Positions 51,901 to 60,475 of a stretch of DNA of 64,000 bases are shown in pieces. The notes beneath the pieces are model-generated. The model ran no database searches, was not told the origin of the DNA, and saw nothing but the letters and a program-made list of their open reading frames with translations. Positions within the stretch are counted from its first letter, which is position 1. Every line of letters starts with the position of its first letter. The translations under genes and the position numbers were made by a program. The DNA is from Longimicrobiales bacterium (lineage in GTDB: Bacteria; Gemmatimonadota; Gemmatimonadetes; Longimicrobiales; Gaopeijiaceae), in contig CBDCNQ010000004.1 in assembly GCA_965219445.1 (NCBI GenBank), forward strand, positions 192,001 through 256,000. The letters run 5' to 3'.

Positions 51901-53528
51901 ACCCTCGTGCGCCGGTACTGGTATTTCGTGATCGCCCGGCCGCCGTCGTACCGCCTCGTCCACGTCAGCGTGATCGACCGCCGGTCGCCGGGCCTCGCCC
52001 TGAGCTCCGGCGCGGACGGCACGTCCGGCGTCGTCGCGCTCTGGCTCGCCGCCGCGGAGCGCACCGTACCGGCTCGGATCCGCAGCGCGACCGTGTAGGC
52101 GGTCCCATTGGCGAGGCGGCTCACGGTGTGGCGGGTGGTCGTCGCGTCGCTGCCGGAGATGTCGGTCCAGGAGTTCCAGGTGTCGCCGCCGTCGGTGCTC
52201 AGCCGGTACTGGTACGCCTCCACGGCCACGGTCGAGGCCGCCGCCGTCCACGCCAGATCCACCTTGCGGATGCCCGCCGTCACCCCAAAGCCACTCGGGG
52301 CGTCCACGGGCAGGGCCTGCGTTGTCGCCCCCCGCTGGGCAGACGCGCCGCCACCTTCGGAATTCACGGCCCGGATCTGTATGACGTAGGTCGTCTCGTC
52401 GGCCAGACCGGTCACGGTGTGGCGGGTGGTCTGGTAGTTGCTGTTTGGAATCCTCGTCCAGGCGGTGTACGGGTGCGCACCCGATTGGTAGCGCACCTGG
52501 TAGTAATCGATACGGTTGAAGGTGGCCGGCGGCGTCTCCCAAGACAGCGCCACGCGCTGGAAGCCGCCCGCGGCGGCGAGATCCCTCGGCGCGAACGGCG
52601 ACTCGCTCCGGCGCGGCGTGAAGGTGATTTCGGCGTGCAGTCCAGGCCCGTCCGCGGTCACCGCCCGGAACTGGTAGGTATAGGAAACCCCACATGTGAA
52701 GGAACCACTGAGCTCCGTCGTAAGCGGATTACCAAGGTCCTGCTGCCAGTCATGGAAGGGTCGATTCCCAACCCTGTGCCGATTCTCGTACCTCGTGATC
52801 GCGGTGCCGCCGTTCGATGCGGGCGCCGACCAGTCCATCGTCACATAACATCCATCCGACAGCGTCACCGTGAGGTTGGTGGGGGGTGCACTGAGGCGTG
52901 AGCCCCCGAGTTGGATGCGGAGCGCCTCGTTGGACCCGGACTTAACCGTCCAGGTGCCGCTGTTGTTCCAGTAGAACTTGTCTTTGATGCTCCAGCCCGG
53001 GAAGGCAAAAACATCTTCTCCGCCGTCGGTGGTGGAGTCGAGTGTCACGCTCCCGGTGCCGTGCTGCTTGATCACCACCACGTAGTTGGTGTTCGCCGAG
53101 AGGGCGATGCCGGCGTGCGTGAACCTCACGAGCCCGGCCGTGAAGCTGCTCGGCGCCGTCAGGGCCGTGCAGGTGCTGGATGGAAACTCGTCCGCGCTGC
53201 CATCCTCCTCGCAGATCTCGACGTCGAAGTCGTCGCCCTCGGCGTCCTCGGAGTCGACGATCACGCTGGTGAGCGTGTAGCCGCGCGCGTGGGTACCCGT
53301 GTGGAACAGCTGCGCATGGTCGTTGCCATTGGTTTCGGCGCTGTCATCGGACCCTTTCGTGATGTTGCCCACGAAGGTGATCGTCTGCGCCTCCGCCGCG
53401 GCCGCCCCGAGGAGCAGCAGGCCCACGACGAGGACGGCGGCGGCGGCGCGGCCGGGACGGGCGTGCCGACGGGACCGGTCTCGATCCCGCGCCCCGGCGG
53501 GCGCGGCGGAGAGTCGCCGAGTCAACAC
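45908..53528 (-). CDS. Large surface/autotransporter-like protein (Fn3 and Calx-beta repeats, C-terminal beta-barrel), split by a group II intron
   Basis: Exons 53528-50622 and 48721-45908 join in frame (FGEV|PAEHDG); signal peptide, Fn3 Y..RAVN..G, Calx-beta TVDY.T.DGTA..G.DY, ends LTVGW. Confidence 0.85.
48722..50621 (-). mobile_element. Group II intron, class IIC-like (1900 nt)
   Basis: 5' GTGGGCCCGGCATGG; DV GAACCGCCAGGTGCGGACCCGCATGCCTGGTGGTGTG with CGC triad; DVI ending CCTATCCCGAT. Confidence 0.92.
48813..50177 (-). CDS. ltrA: Group II intron reverse transcriptase/maturase (no endonuclease domain)
   Basis: SPGIDG, RELGIPTVLDR, GTPQGGPLSPLLAN, RYADD and GWKAYF motifs; start approximate. 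Confidence 0.95.
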   Translation of the reverse strand: MRQESRQLGLPLEDRGEAPKVEGSGEAGTVAHGDERSGSEHLLMQEVVGRANLVGALKRVRQNKGSPGIDGMNVEELPEYLRRHWGEIRQRLLAGTYQPKPVRRQEIPKSGGGVRELGIPTVLDRFIQQAILQVLQPRFDPTFSRHSHGFRPGRRAHDAVREAQQYIQEGRRWVVDVDLEKFFDRVNHDVLMGRLAKRIEDKAMLRILRRYLEAGVMANGVVMERHMGTPQGGPLSPLLANVLLDEVDKELELRGHAFVRYADDCNVYVRSRRAGQRVMQALRHLYGKLRLQVNEEKSAVARVWDRQFLGYSFWVAAGKVVKRRVSKKALTKFKERVRQITSRSGGRSLQQVAEELRRYVLGWKAYFGLADTPGVFRDLDQWIHRRLRTLQLRQWKRGRTAYRELRARGVSENLAWRAARFARSWWHVAAHHALHTALPGAYFDELGVPRLTPY

Positions 53529-53571
53529 GCGAGTCCGGAACGCGACGTCCGGTAGCCCGCCTCGCGGCCGC

Positions 53572-53785
53572 CCGGACAGCTCCTCGTTCGCAGCACTCGC
53601 GGGCCCAATCAGGCGGGAACTTCCAGGCGGGAACTTCGGGAACTTGCTGAACGCATTTACACCATCCTGAACGGATGGCGTGAGGATTACCAGATGGGTT
53701 TTTTTCTGGCTCTAGGGGCAGTTTAATTGCGGGTACGGCGCGATCGTTATTCCGGGCGCGTTCCATGCCCACATCGCGGCGCTAT
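53572..53785 (-). promoter_or_regulatory. Conserved leader duplicated upstream of the surface-protein gene and of lysR (~54829-55014)
   Basis: Shared GGACAGCTC..TTCGCAGCACTCG, GGGAACTTGCT.AACGCAT and GATGGGTTTT.TTCTGGCTCTAG..GCA.TTTAATT.CGGGTACGGCGCGATCG. Confidence 0.7.
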
Positions 53786-53885
53786 TTCCTGCCGAAAGGG
53801 ACACGTCAAGGGCGCCTTCAGGGGGCGACAGGTCGGGGTGCCGAAGGCGCCCGCCTGCAGCGGCCGTCGCTGCGGCCCGACGCCC

Positions 53886-54806
53886 TCAGCCGCAGCTTTC
53901 GCCTCCCGCGGCGGGCTTCCCGGCCTCGGCCCGGAGCCAGTCCAGGAACACCCGCGCCTCGGGCTTCTCCCCGGAGCCTGGAGCGACCGCAAGGAAGTAG
54001 CGCGCCGGGGCCGCGACCGGCGGCTCGAACAGCGTCACCAGCGTTCCGCGCTCGAGATAGGGCACGATCAGCAGGGAGTGACCGAGCGCGACGCCCATGC
54101 CCTCGAGCGCCGCCTGGACCATCATCGAGTACAGACGGTACCCCGACGCCTGGGACATGTCCGGCGCGCCGGCCTCCCTGCAGGCAAACCAGTGCGCCCA
54201 GTATTCCTCCCAGGCCAGATCGTAGAGCAGCGGCCATCCATGCAGATCGGCCGGGTGCACGGGCCGCCCCCTCGATGCAAGAAAGGCCGGGCTGCACACC
54301 GGGACGAGCGTTTCCTCGAATAGCACCTCGCTCTGCACGGTGCGCGGGACCCCGGCGACGAATGCGATCCAGACGTCGAACGCGCGCCGTGCGGGATCGA
54401 CCTCGTAGTGATCGGTCTCGAACTCGATGACGATCTCGGGGTGCGCGCGCCGGAACCCGGCGAGCCGCGGCATCAGCCACAGCTCGGCGAAGGCCTCCAC
54501 GGTGACGAGCTTCAGCGTCCCGGCATTCGCGCCGGCACGAAAGCGCTCGGTAGCCTTGTCGAGAACGGAGAGGGTGTGCTGGACCTCCACGAGGAACGCC
54601 TGTCCACGCGTGCTCAGGGCGAGACCCTGCGGTTGGCGTTCGAACAGCTGCTCCCCGAGGTAATGCTCGAGCGTCCTGACACGATGGGCGACGGCGCCGG
54701 ACGTCACGCCGAGCTCGCGTGCCGCCTCGGCGAAACTCTCGTGCCGCCCGGCCACGTCGAAGAAACGAAACACCTCCAGCGGCGGCCAGCCTACCGCCTT
54801 ATCCAT
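53886..54806 (-). CDS. LysR-family transcriptional regulator (GcvA-like)
   Basis: PPL..F....RH.SF..AA.ELGVT..AV...LE, WLMPRL..F...HP, G.GVAL. Confidence 0.93.
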   Translation of the reverse strand: MDKAVGWPPLEVFRFFDVAGRHESFAEAARELGVTSGAVAHRVRTLEHYLGEQLFERQPQGLALSTRGQAFLVEVQHTLSVLDKATERFRAGANAGTLKLVTVEAFAELWLMPRLAGFRRAHPEIVIEFETDHYEVDPARRAFDVWIAFVAGVPRTVQSEVLFEETLVPVCSPAFLASRGRPVHPADLHGWPLLYDLAWEEYWAHWFACREAGAPDMSQASGYRLYSMMVQAALEGMGVALGHSLLIVPYLERGTLVTLFEPPVAAPARYFLAVAPGSGEKPEARVFLDWLRAEAGKPAAGGESCG

Positions 54807-55015
54807 GTTTCCGACCCCGGCTCCCGCTCGGACAGCTCTTCATTCGCAGCACTCGGTGACGCAACCACGAGGGAACTTGCTCAACGCATCTGTAACATTC
54901 TTAATCGGTAGTTTGAAGACTTCAAGATGGGTTTTATTCTGGCTCTAGCCGCAATTTAATTTCGGGTACGGCGCGATCGATTCCGGGCGGGTCCCATACT
55001 CGCATCGCGCCGCTG

Positions 55016-55330
55016 TGACCTGCCCCCAAGAGCGGTACCACATTCTATGTTAGTCCCAGCACCTGTGGAGGGCCGTGAAGGACGGGCATCCTCAGGAACC
55101 AGGGCGACGGCTTAATCGCCTCAGGGGCCGGGGGAAAGCCGCCGCAGGCGCTGTGGGGTCGGACGGTATTGTACTCGCGCCTCCATTGCTCGACCAGCAC
55201 GGCCGCCTGCGCCAACGAGCAGAAGATCTCCCCGTTCAACAGCTCGTCCCTGAGCTTGCCGTTGAAGCTCTCGTTGTAGCCGTTCTCCCACGGGCTGCCC
55301 GGCTCGATAAAGAGCATCTCGACGCCCACG
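55016..55330 (-). mobile_element. IS3-family right end plus orfB C-terminal fragment
   Basis: PGSPWENGYNESFNGKLRDELLN...YNTVRPHSA; terminal IR at 55016. Confidence 0.88.
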
Positions 55331-55737
55331 CGGGTCCGAGGCACGCCCGCAAGGGAGAAGGAGAAGTGATCTACAGGCATGGGAGCAACCCGGGCTCGCC
55401 GAAGCGGCGGAGACCGCAAGGCATGAGGAGCGAGGCCATGGGCGAACCTACCGGATAGAGGACCGTTCCACGTGGCAATGGCAAGCCCGTGGTGGCCTTG
55501 AACGCCTTCGGTCTACGCGTCCCTCGGATGCGATCTGAGACAACGGCAAGGATTCCCGCCAATCGACTCCGGCTTTCCGGCTATTGTGACACGATGGAGT
55601 CAGATATCGTCCGACGGCAAGTGCGGCAGATCGTGCAGTCCTAGTTGAACTTAGACGATTTCTTGCCGGGGTTCACGCTCACTGGGATGTGCCTGATGTG
55701 CACTCGCCGATCAGCACCGACGCTCGCCGATCCGCGT

Positions 55738-56040
55738 TCAAAATCCGCCTCCAGGGAGCCGCCTCGAGCGCCATGTCGCGAAGCCGTGGATCATCGTTCC
55801 GGGAGTCGAGGATCGGTGGAGGTCCTTCAGCTCGACGATCCGCTTGAGGCAGGCCTGCAAGCCGCCGTACTCCATGAGGACCCGGACATCACCCTTGATG
55901 ATGGCCCGGTCGATCCGGTCGATCTCGCGGCCGATTTCGTGGTCGAATTCGGAGGGGTGGGGATCTCGCGCCCAGTTGGCGAGCACCGTCTCCGCCCGGC
56001 TCCGCTCCTGCCAGGTCCGGGCCACAGCGACGACTTCGAT
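55738..56040 (-). pseudogene. C-terminal fragment of the ICE backbone protein
   Basis: EVVAVART...EYGGLQACLKR matches the C-terminus of 35129-36061. Confidence 0.75.
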
Positions 56041-56218
56041 CCTTGCGCCTGGCATTGGCGCTGGCCGCCGTCTTGGCCGCCCTCTACGCCGTCGCGCGCG
56101 CCGCAGGGCTCGCCGATCTGGGACGCCGCGTCGATCTCGCCGAGCGCTCCGTTCGGCGCGGCGAGGGCGACCCGGCCCTCACCGACGCGCTCCGCAGAGA
56201 CGCCGAGGGCGACTGGGA

Positions 56219-56665
56219 ATGAACGCGGAGACCGGGCGCGCGGCGGGCCGACGAGATCGACCCAAACGTGCGCGCACACCTCGCGGCGCGTCCGTCGAGA
56301 CCCTGCCAGTCACCTGGCGGACGCAGGCCAAGGCGCTCCGCCGGTACGGGGGCGAGACGCCGGCCGTCGCGCTCGAAAGCTGCGCGGCCGAGCTCGAGGC
56401 CACGCTCAGGGAGAGGGACGAGACCACCCTCTCGCTGACGGAGGCAGCCAGGGAGAGCGGCTACTCCGCTGACCATCTCGGCCGCCTCGTGCGCGACGGC
56501 AGGATCCCCAACGCCGGAAGACCCGGCGCGCCCAGGATCGCCCGCTCGATCCTGCCACGGAAGACCCAGGCGCCAGCCACACCGCGACTGGTGGAAAAGC
56601 ATCGCCGAGGCGAAGTTTCCAACGCGCAGATCGTGCAGTCCATCATCGAGAGAGGAATCGAATGA
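56219..56665 (+). CDS. Excisionase-like HTH protein
   Basis: LSLTEAARESGYSADHLGRLVRDGRIP; overlaps the integrase start. Confidence 0.7.
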   Translation: MNAETGRAAGRRDRPKRARTPRGASVETLPVTWRTQAKALRRYGGETPAVALESCAAELEATLRERDETTLSLTEAARESGYSADHLGRLVRDGRIPNAGRPGAPRIARSILPRKTQAPATPRLVEKHRRGEVSNAQIVQSIIERGIE

Positions 56666-57825
56666 TGGCACGCACGAAACCTATCCGGCGCTCCTACGGC
56701 GCCGGCGAATGGGGCCGGAACCGGGTACGGGTCTTTCCCGATCCCAAGACCGGCCTGTTCCAGATCGAGTGGCGCGAGAACGGGCGCAGACTCACAAGGT
56801 CGCTGAAGCACCACGACTGGAGACGGGCCAAGACGCAGGCGGACGAGTTCGCCGCTGGCTACCTCGGGCCGGAGCTCCACCGCAAGGCGGAAGCCGAGTC
56901 CGAGCCGCTCACCCTGGAGACGCTTTTTGACATCTACGGTGAAGAGGTGACGCCGACCAAGCGTGGACAGTCGCGGCTGCACGACAGGGCCGCGATGAGG
57001 ACGTTCCTCGGGTGCTTCGGACGGAACCGCGACCCCGCCACGCTGTCCCAGCGGGACTGGGACCGGTTCATCCGGGAGCGGCGCGCGGGCAGAGCCGGCC
57101 GCAGCGGCAAGCCGGTGGCCGACCGGACGATCGAACGGGACCTCAAGTTCCTGCTCGCGGTCCTCAACTGGGCCGCGAGGTCGAGGGACGAGAGGGGAAG
57201 GCTCTTGCTCGAGTCCAACCCCCTCAGGGGCCTCAAGACGCCGAAGGAGAAGAATCCTACCCGGGTGCTGCTCACTGAGGCGGAATACGAGGCCATGCTT
57301 CGGGTGTCCGTGGAGGTGGACTGGCGCTTTCACGTCGCTCTCGTGCTCGCGCACGAGACGGGACACCGCATCGGCGCCATCCGTCAGTTGCGATGGTCCG
57401 ACATCGACATGGAAGCTCGTGTCATCCGGTGGCGAGGCGAGCATGAGAAGACCGGCTACGAGCACCGGACCCCGGTGAGTGCCGAAGCGCTCGGCGTCCT
57501 CGAAGAGGCGCGGTGGCGGAACCCCGGGATCGGGGACCTTCCGGTGTTGCCCGCGCCCAAGCATGCCTCGATGTGCGTGGGCCAGTGGCCGATCCGTGAC
57601 TGGTGGGAGAAGGCCGAGGTGCTCGCAGGGCTGGAACCCAAGCGTGGGCGCGGCTGGCACTCACTGAGGCGGAAGTTCGCCTCCGACCTCATGGACCAGC
57701 CGCTCAAGGTCCTCTGCCAACTCGGCGGCTGGAAGACGGCCCAGACAGTGCTCCAGTGCTACCAGCGGGCCGACGAGGACCAGCTCAGGAAGGCTCTGGA
57801 GAGCCGACGCAGAGTTCGCGCCTGA
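56662..57825 (+). CDS. Tyrosine recombinase/integrase (copy 4)
   Basis: Same motifs as copy 1; intact. Confidence 0.95.
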   Translation: MMARTKPIRRSYGAGEWGRNRVRVFPDPKTGLFQIEWRENGRRLTRSLKHHDWRRAKTQADEFAAGYLGPELHRKAEAESEPLTLETLFDIYGEEVTPTKRGQSRLHDRAAMRTFLGCFGRNRDPATLSQRDWDRFIRERRAGRAGRSGKPVADRTIERDLKFLLAVLNWAARSRDERGRLLLESNPLRGLKTPKEKNPTRVLLTEAEYEAMLRVSVEVDWRFHVALVLAHETGHRIGAIRQLRWSDIDMEARVIRWRGEHEKTGYEHRTPVSAEALGVLEEARWRNPGIGDLPVLPAPKHASMCVGQWPIRDWWEKAEVLAGLEPKRGRGWHSLRRKFASDLMDQPLKVLCQLGGWKTAQTVLQCYQRADEDQLRKALESRRRVRA

Positions 57826-57919
57826 GGCCAATCGGCGGGAATCAGATGGCGGGAATCCGGCCAGCGAAGCCCGTAAGTTCAATAATCACATAAACATCCA
57901 AAACTGTGGGCGTTTGCCT

Positions 57920-58495
57920 TCCCGTCAGGATCAGCCCCGGGATCAAACCCGCGCGGAAAAGCGCGCCGACCGACACTCCCATTTGATCTCCGAGCACGAT
58001 CAACACGATGCTGGGTGGGATGATCTGCCCCAAGGTGCCGGCGGCGGCGATGACCCCGACCGTCAGCTCGTCCTTGTAGCCGTTTCGCATCATGACCGGG
58101 AGCGAGATCAGCCCCATCGCGGTGACCGACGCCCCAACCACACCGGTCGCCGCGGCGAGCAGCGCTCCCACGCCGATCACGCCGATGGCCAACCCGCCTC
58201 GAAAACGGCCGAACAGAATGCCGATCGTCTCCAGAAGGTCCTCGGCCAGGTCGGACTTTTCTAGGACCGTACCCATGAATATGAAGAAGGGGACGGCCAG
58301 GAGCGTGTAGTTCGCCATGATCCCGAACGTCCGGTCCGGAAGCGCCCGCAGGAGGACGAGATCGAAATGCCCTGCCAGTGACCCTAGGAGAGAAAAAATC
58401 AAGGCGGCGCCGGCGAGCGCAAACGCGACCGGGTACCCCGTGAAGATGAGGACGAGTGTCCCCAGGAACATGGCCGGGCCCCAAATCTCTCCCAC
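57920..58495 (-). pseudogene. dctM: TRAP transporter large permease DctM, 3' truncated at the island boundary
   Basis: [19 protein letters not shown] and [11 protein letters not shown]; homology ends at about aa 190. Confidence 0.85.
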
Positions 58496-58511
58496 TATTC
58501 GTGCTCGTCCA

Positions 58512-59093
58512 CTAGGTGCGCTCGCGTGGCGATCCGACGTCATTCCCGAGGACCTCCGCCCCGGGGGGCCCTCCGTCGGGCTGGGCCAGGATCGCGGCGT
58601 TCTTCACGATTTGGCTGAGCGCTTGAAGGAGGAGCAGGAAAAACGACACGAGGATGACGGTCTTGATGGGATAGCGCGCCAGACCACCGGGGTCGGGCGA
58701 CGTCTCGAGGATGGCCCAGCTATTCGCGACCGGTCCCCACGAAACCCAGAGCATCACCAATGCGAAGGGGGCGAGGAAGAGAGCGGACCCGATCAGGTCG
58801 ATCCACGCGCGTGCCCGGCGCCCCAAGCGCGCGTACAGCACGTCCACACGAACGTGGTAGTCATGGTTCAGTCCGTACGCCGCGCCCATCAGAAAGATGA
58901 GGCTGAAGAGGTACCATTGGAGCTCGAGATACGCATTCGAACTCAGCGACACGCCGGTGAAGCGAGTCGCGTAACGGGCGATGGCGTTGAACGCTCCGAT
59001 GATCACCATGACCAGCGTGAGCCACTGGATGGCCGAGCCGATCCGGTCATTGAGCCGGTCAATCGCGGCGGAGATTCGCCGGAGCGACGTCAC
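58512..59093 (-). CDS. dctQ: TRAP transporter small permease DctQ
   Basis: ELQWYLF, HVRVDV and SPDPGGL motifs. Confidence 0.9.
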   Translation of the reverse strand: MTSLRRISAAIDRLNDRIGSAIQWLTLVMVIIGAFNAIARYATRFTGVSLSSNAYLELQWYLFSLIFLMGAAYGLNHDYHVRVDVLYARLGRRARAWIDLIGSALFLAPFALVMLWVSWGPVANSWAILETSPDPGGLARYPIKTVILVSFFLLLLQALSQIVKNAAILAQPDGGPPGAEVLGNDVGSPRERT

Positions 59094-59096
59094 CCG

Positions 59097-60125
59097 CTAG
59101 GGAGCCCCAGCAGCCCCGGAGTCGACACCCAGCTGCCGCATTATGGCCTGGCCGATCTCACGCAGCGTTTCTACCCCGTGCACGTCGTGCGGCAGAAGGT
59201 CTAGGTGGACTCGTCGGAGGCTCGAAAACGTCTGGTCGATCTCGTCCCTGTACTCGTGTTCCTGAACCCGTCGCTCCCGGAGAAAGTCACCCTCCGCATC
59301 GGGCGGCAACAGACGGTTCACGATCATTCCCGCCACTGGCACGTCGAACTTGCCGAGCAAGTCGAGCGTCTTCTTGCTCTCGAGAATAGGGAGCCGCTCC
59401 GCGGTGAGCACGAGCAAGAAGGCCGTAACCGTCGGGTCGGTCAGGAGAGAGCGCGCCCGATGGAACTTCCGGCGCCGGGTCAGAAGAATGTCTTGGATTC
59501 GGCCGTCGCGGCTGTCGTTGGGCTCCTCCTTCGACCCCCCGATCATCCCGAACTCGTCCTCCCTCGAGTGATCACGACCGAAGACCTTGAGCAGCTCCCC
59601 CAATCGTCGCGACCGGTCCTGATGGCCGAGCATACCGTCGGTCCAGGCGGACAGCACCTCGGGCAAGGAGAGAAGGCGGATCGTGTGCCCGGTCGGGGCC
59701 GTGTCGAAGATCAGCAGATCGAAGCGGCTCCTCGCGTCCGTCATGAGATCGGCCACACGCTCGAGCAGCGCGGCCTCCATCGTGCCGGGGGAATGACGGG
59801 CGAGCTCGAGCTGACGGTCAATCTCCCCGTACATCTTGGGAGCGACCAACGACTTCATGCTCATCTTGACGGTCGCGATATGGCGCTCGGCTTCGGCCTC
59901 GGGATCGATCTCCAAGCCCGCGAGATTCGGGGCAAGAGGGGTCTCTACGTTTCCGACCCGTATGTCGAAAACGTCGCCGAGCGAATGCGCGGGGTCGGTC
60001 GAGACGAGCAGCGTCGAGCGCCCTGCTTCGCCCGCCATCAGCGCGAGCGCACCGGCAGTCGTGGTCTTGCCGACCCCACCCTTGCCGCCCACGAAGATGA
60101 TGCGCCGGTCGAAAAGCTGATCCAC
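59097..60125 (-). CDS. ArsA/GET3-family ATPase
   Basis: GGKGGVGKTT, STDPAHSL and DTAPTGHT. Confidence 0.92.
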   Translation of the reverse strand: MDQLFDRRIIFVGGKGGVGKTTTAGALALMAGEAGRSTLLVSTDPAHSLGDVFDIRVGNVETPLAPNLAGLEIDPEAEAERHIATVKMSMKSLVAPKMYGEIDRQLELARHSPGTMEAALLERVADLMTDARSRFDLLIFDTAPTGHTIRLLSLPEVLSAWTDGMLGHQDRSRRLGELLKVFGRDHSREDEFGMIGGSKEEPNDSRDGRIQDILLTRRRKFHRARSLLTDPTVTAFLLVLTAERLPILESKKTLDLLGKFDVPVAGMIVNRLLPPDAEGDFLRERRVQEHEYRDEIDQTFSSLRRVHLDLLPHDVHGVETLREIGQAIMRQLGVDSGAAGAP

Positions 60126-60196
60126 GGTCTGCTACGACTCCTGCGAAGTCTCCCTTAGAAGGGTGATCGGAACGGGGGGCGGATTCCGATCACCCC

Positions 60197-60469
60197 TCAG
60201 CAACATCTGAAGTCGTCGAGAGGCGAATGATCCATGCCCATGCGGGTATGCCACTCGTGAAACCGTTCCAGCAAGACCGGCTGCAACTCCAGCGTGTAAT
60301 ACGAAGCCGGGTTCGGAACCCCCATCATCTCCGAGAAGATGAGCAGCATGAAGAGATCGTCCTGGTCCCGCTTCGCTCGAGCCACCGCGCCCCTGTACGG
60401 CACGTGGTAGACTTCGGAAGCCAGATATGCCCACCAGCGGAGCTTCTTCTTGATGTCAGCCCACTTCAT
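60197..60469 (-). CDS. cory-CC-star family protein
   Basis: DLFMLL.FSE.MG.PNP..YYTLEL.P, ends in CC; lies between cstA and the ArsA-like gene. Confidence 0.85.
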   Translation of the reverse strand: MKWADIKKKLRWWAYLASEVYHVPYRGAVARAKRDQDDLFMLLIFSEMMGVPNPASYYTLELQPVLLERFHEWHTRMGMDHSPLDDFRCC

Positions 60470-60475
60470 TCTTGT

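Noticed and set aside
14060..55330. Composite transposon bounded by the IS3 fragments at 14060 and 55016
   Set aside because: The two ends point the same way, both are partial, and no shared target duplication is seen
59097..60125. Arsenic resistance operon
   Set aside because: No arsR/B/C; the cstA - cory-CC-star - ArsA-like trio is a known conserved arrangement
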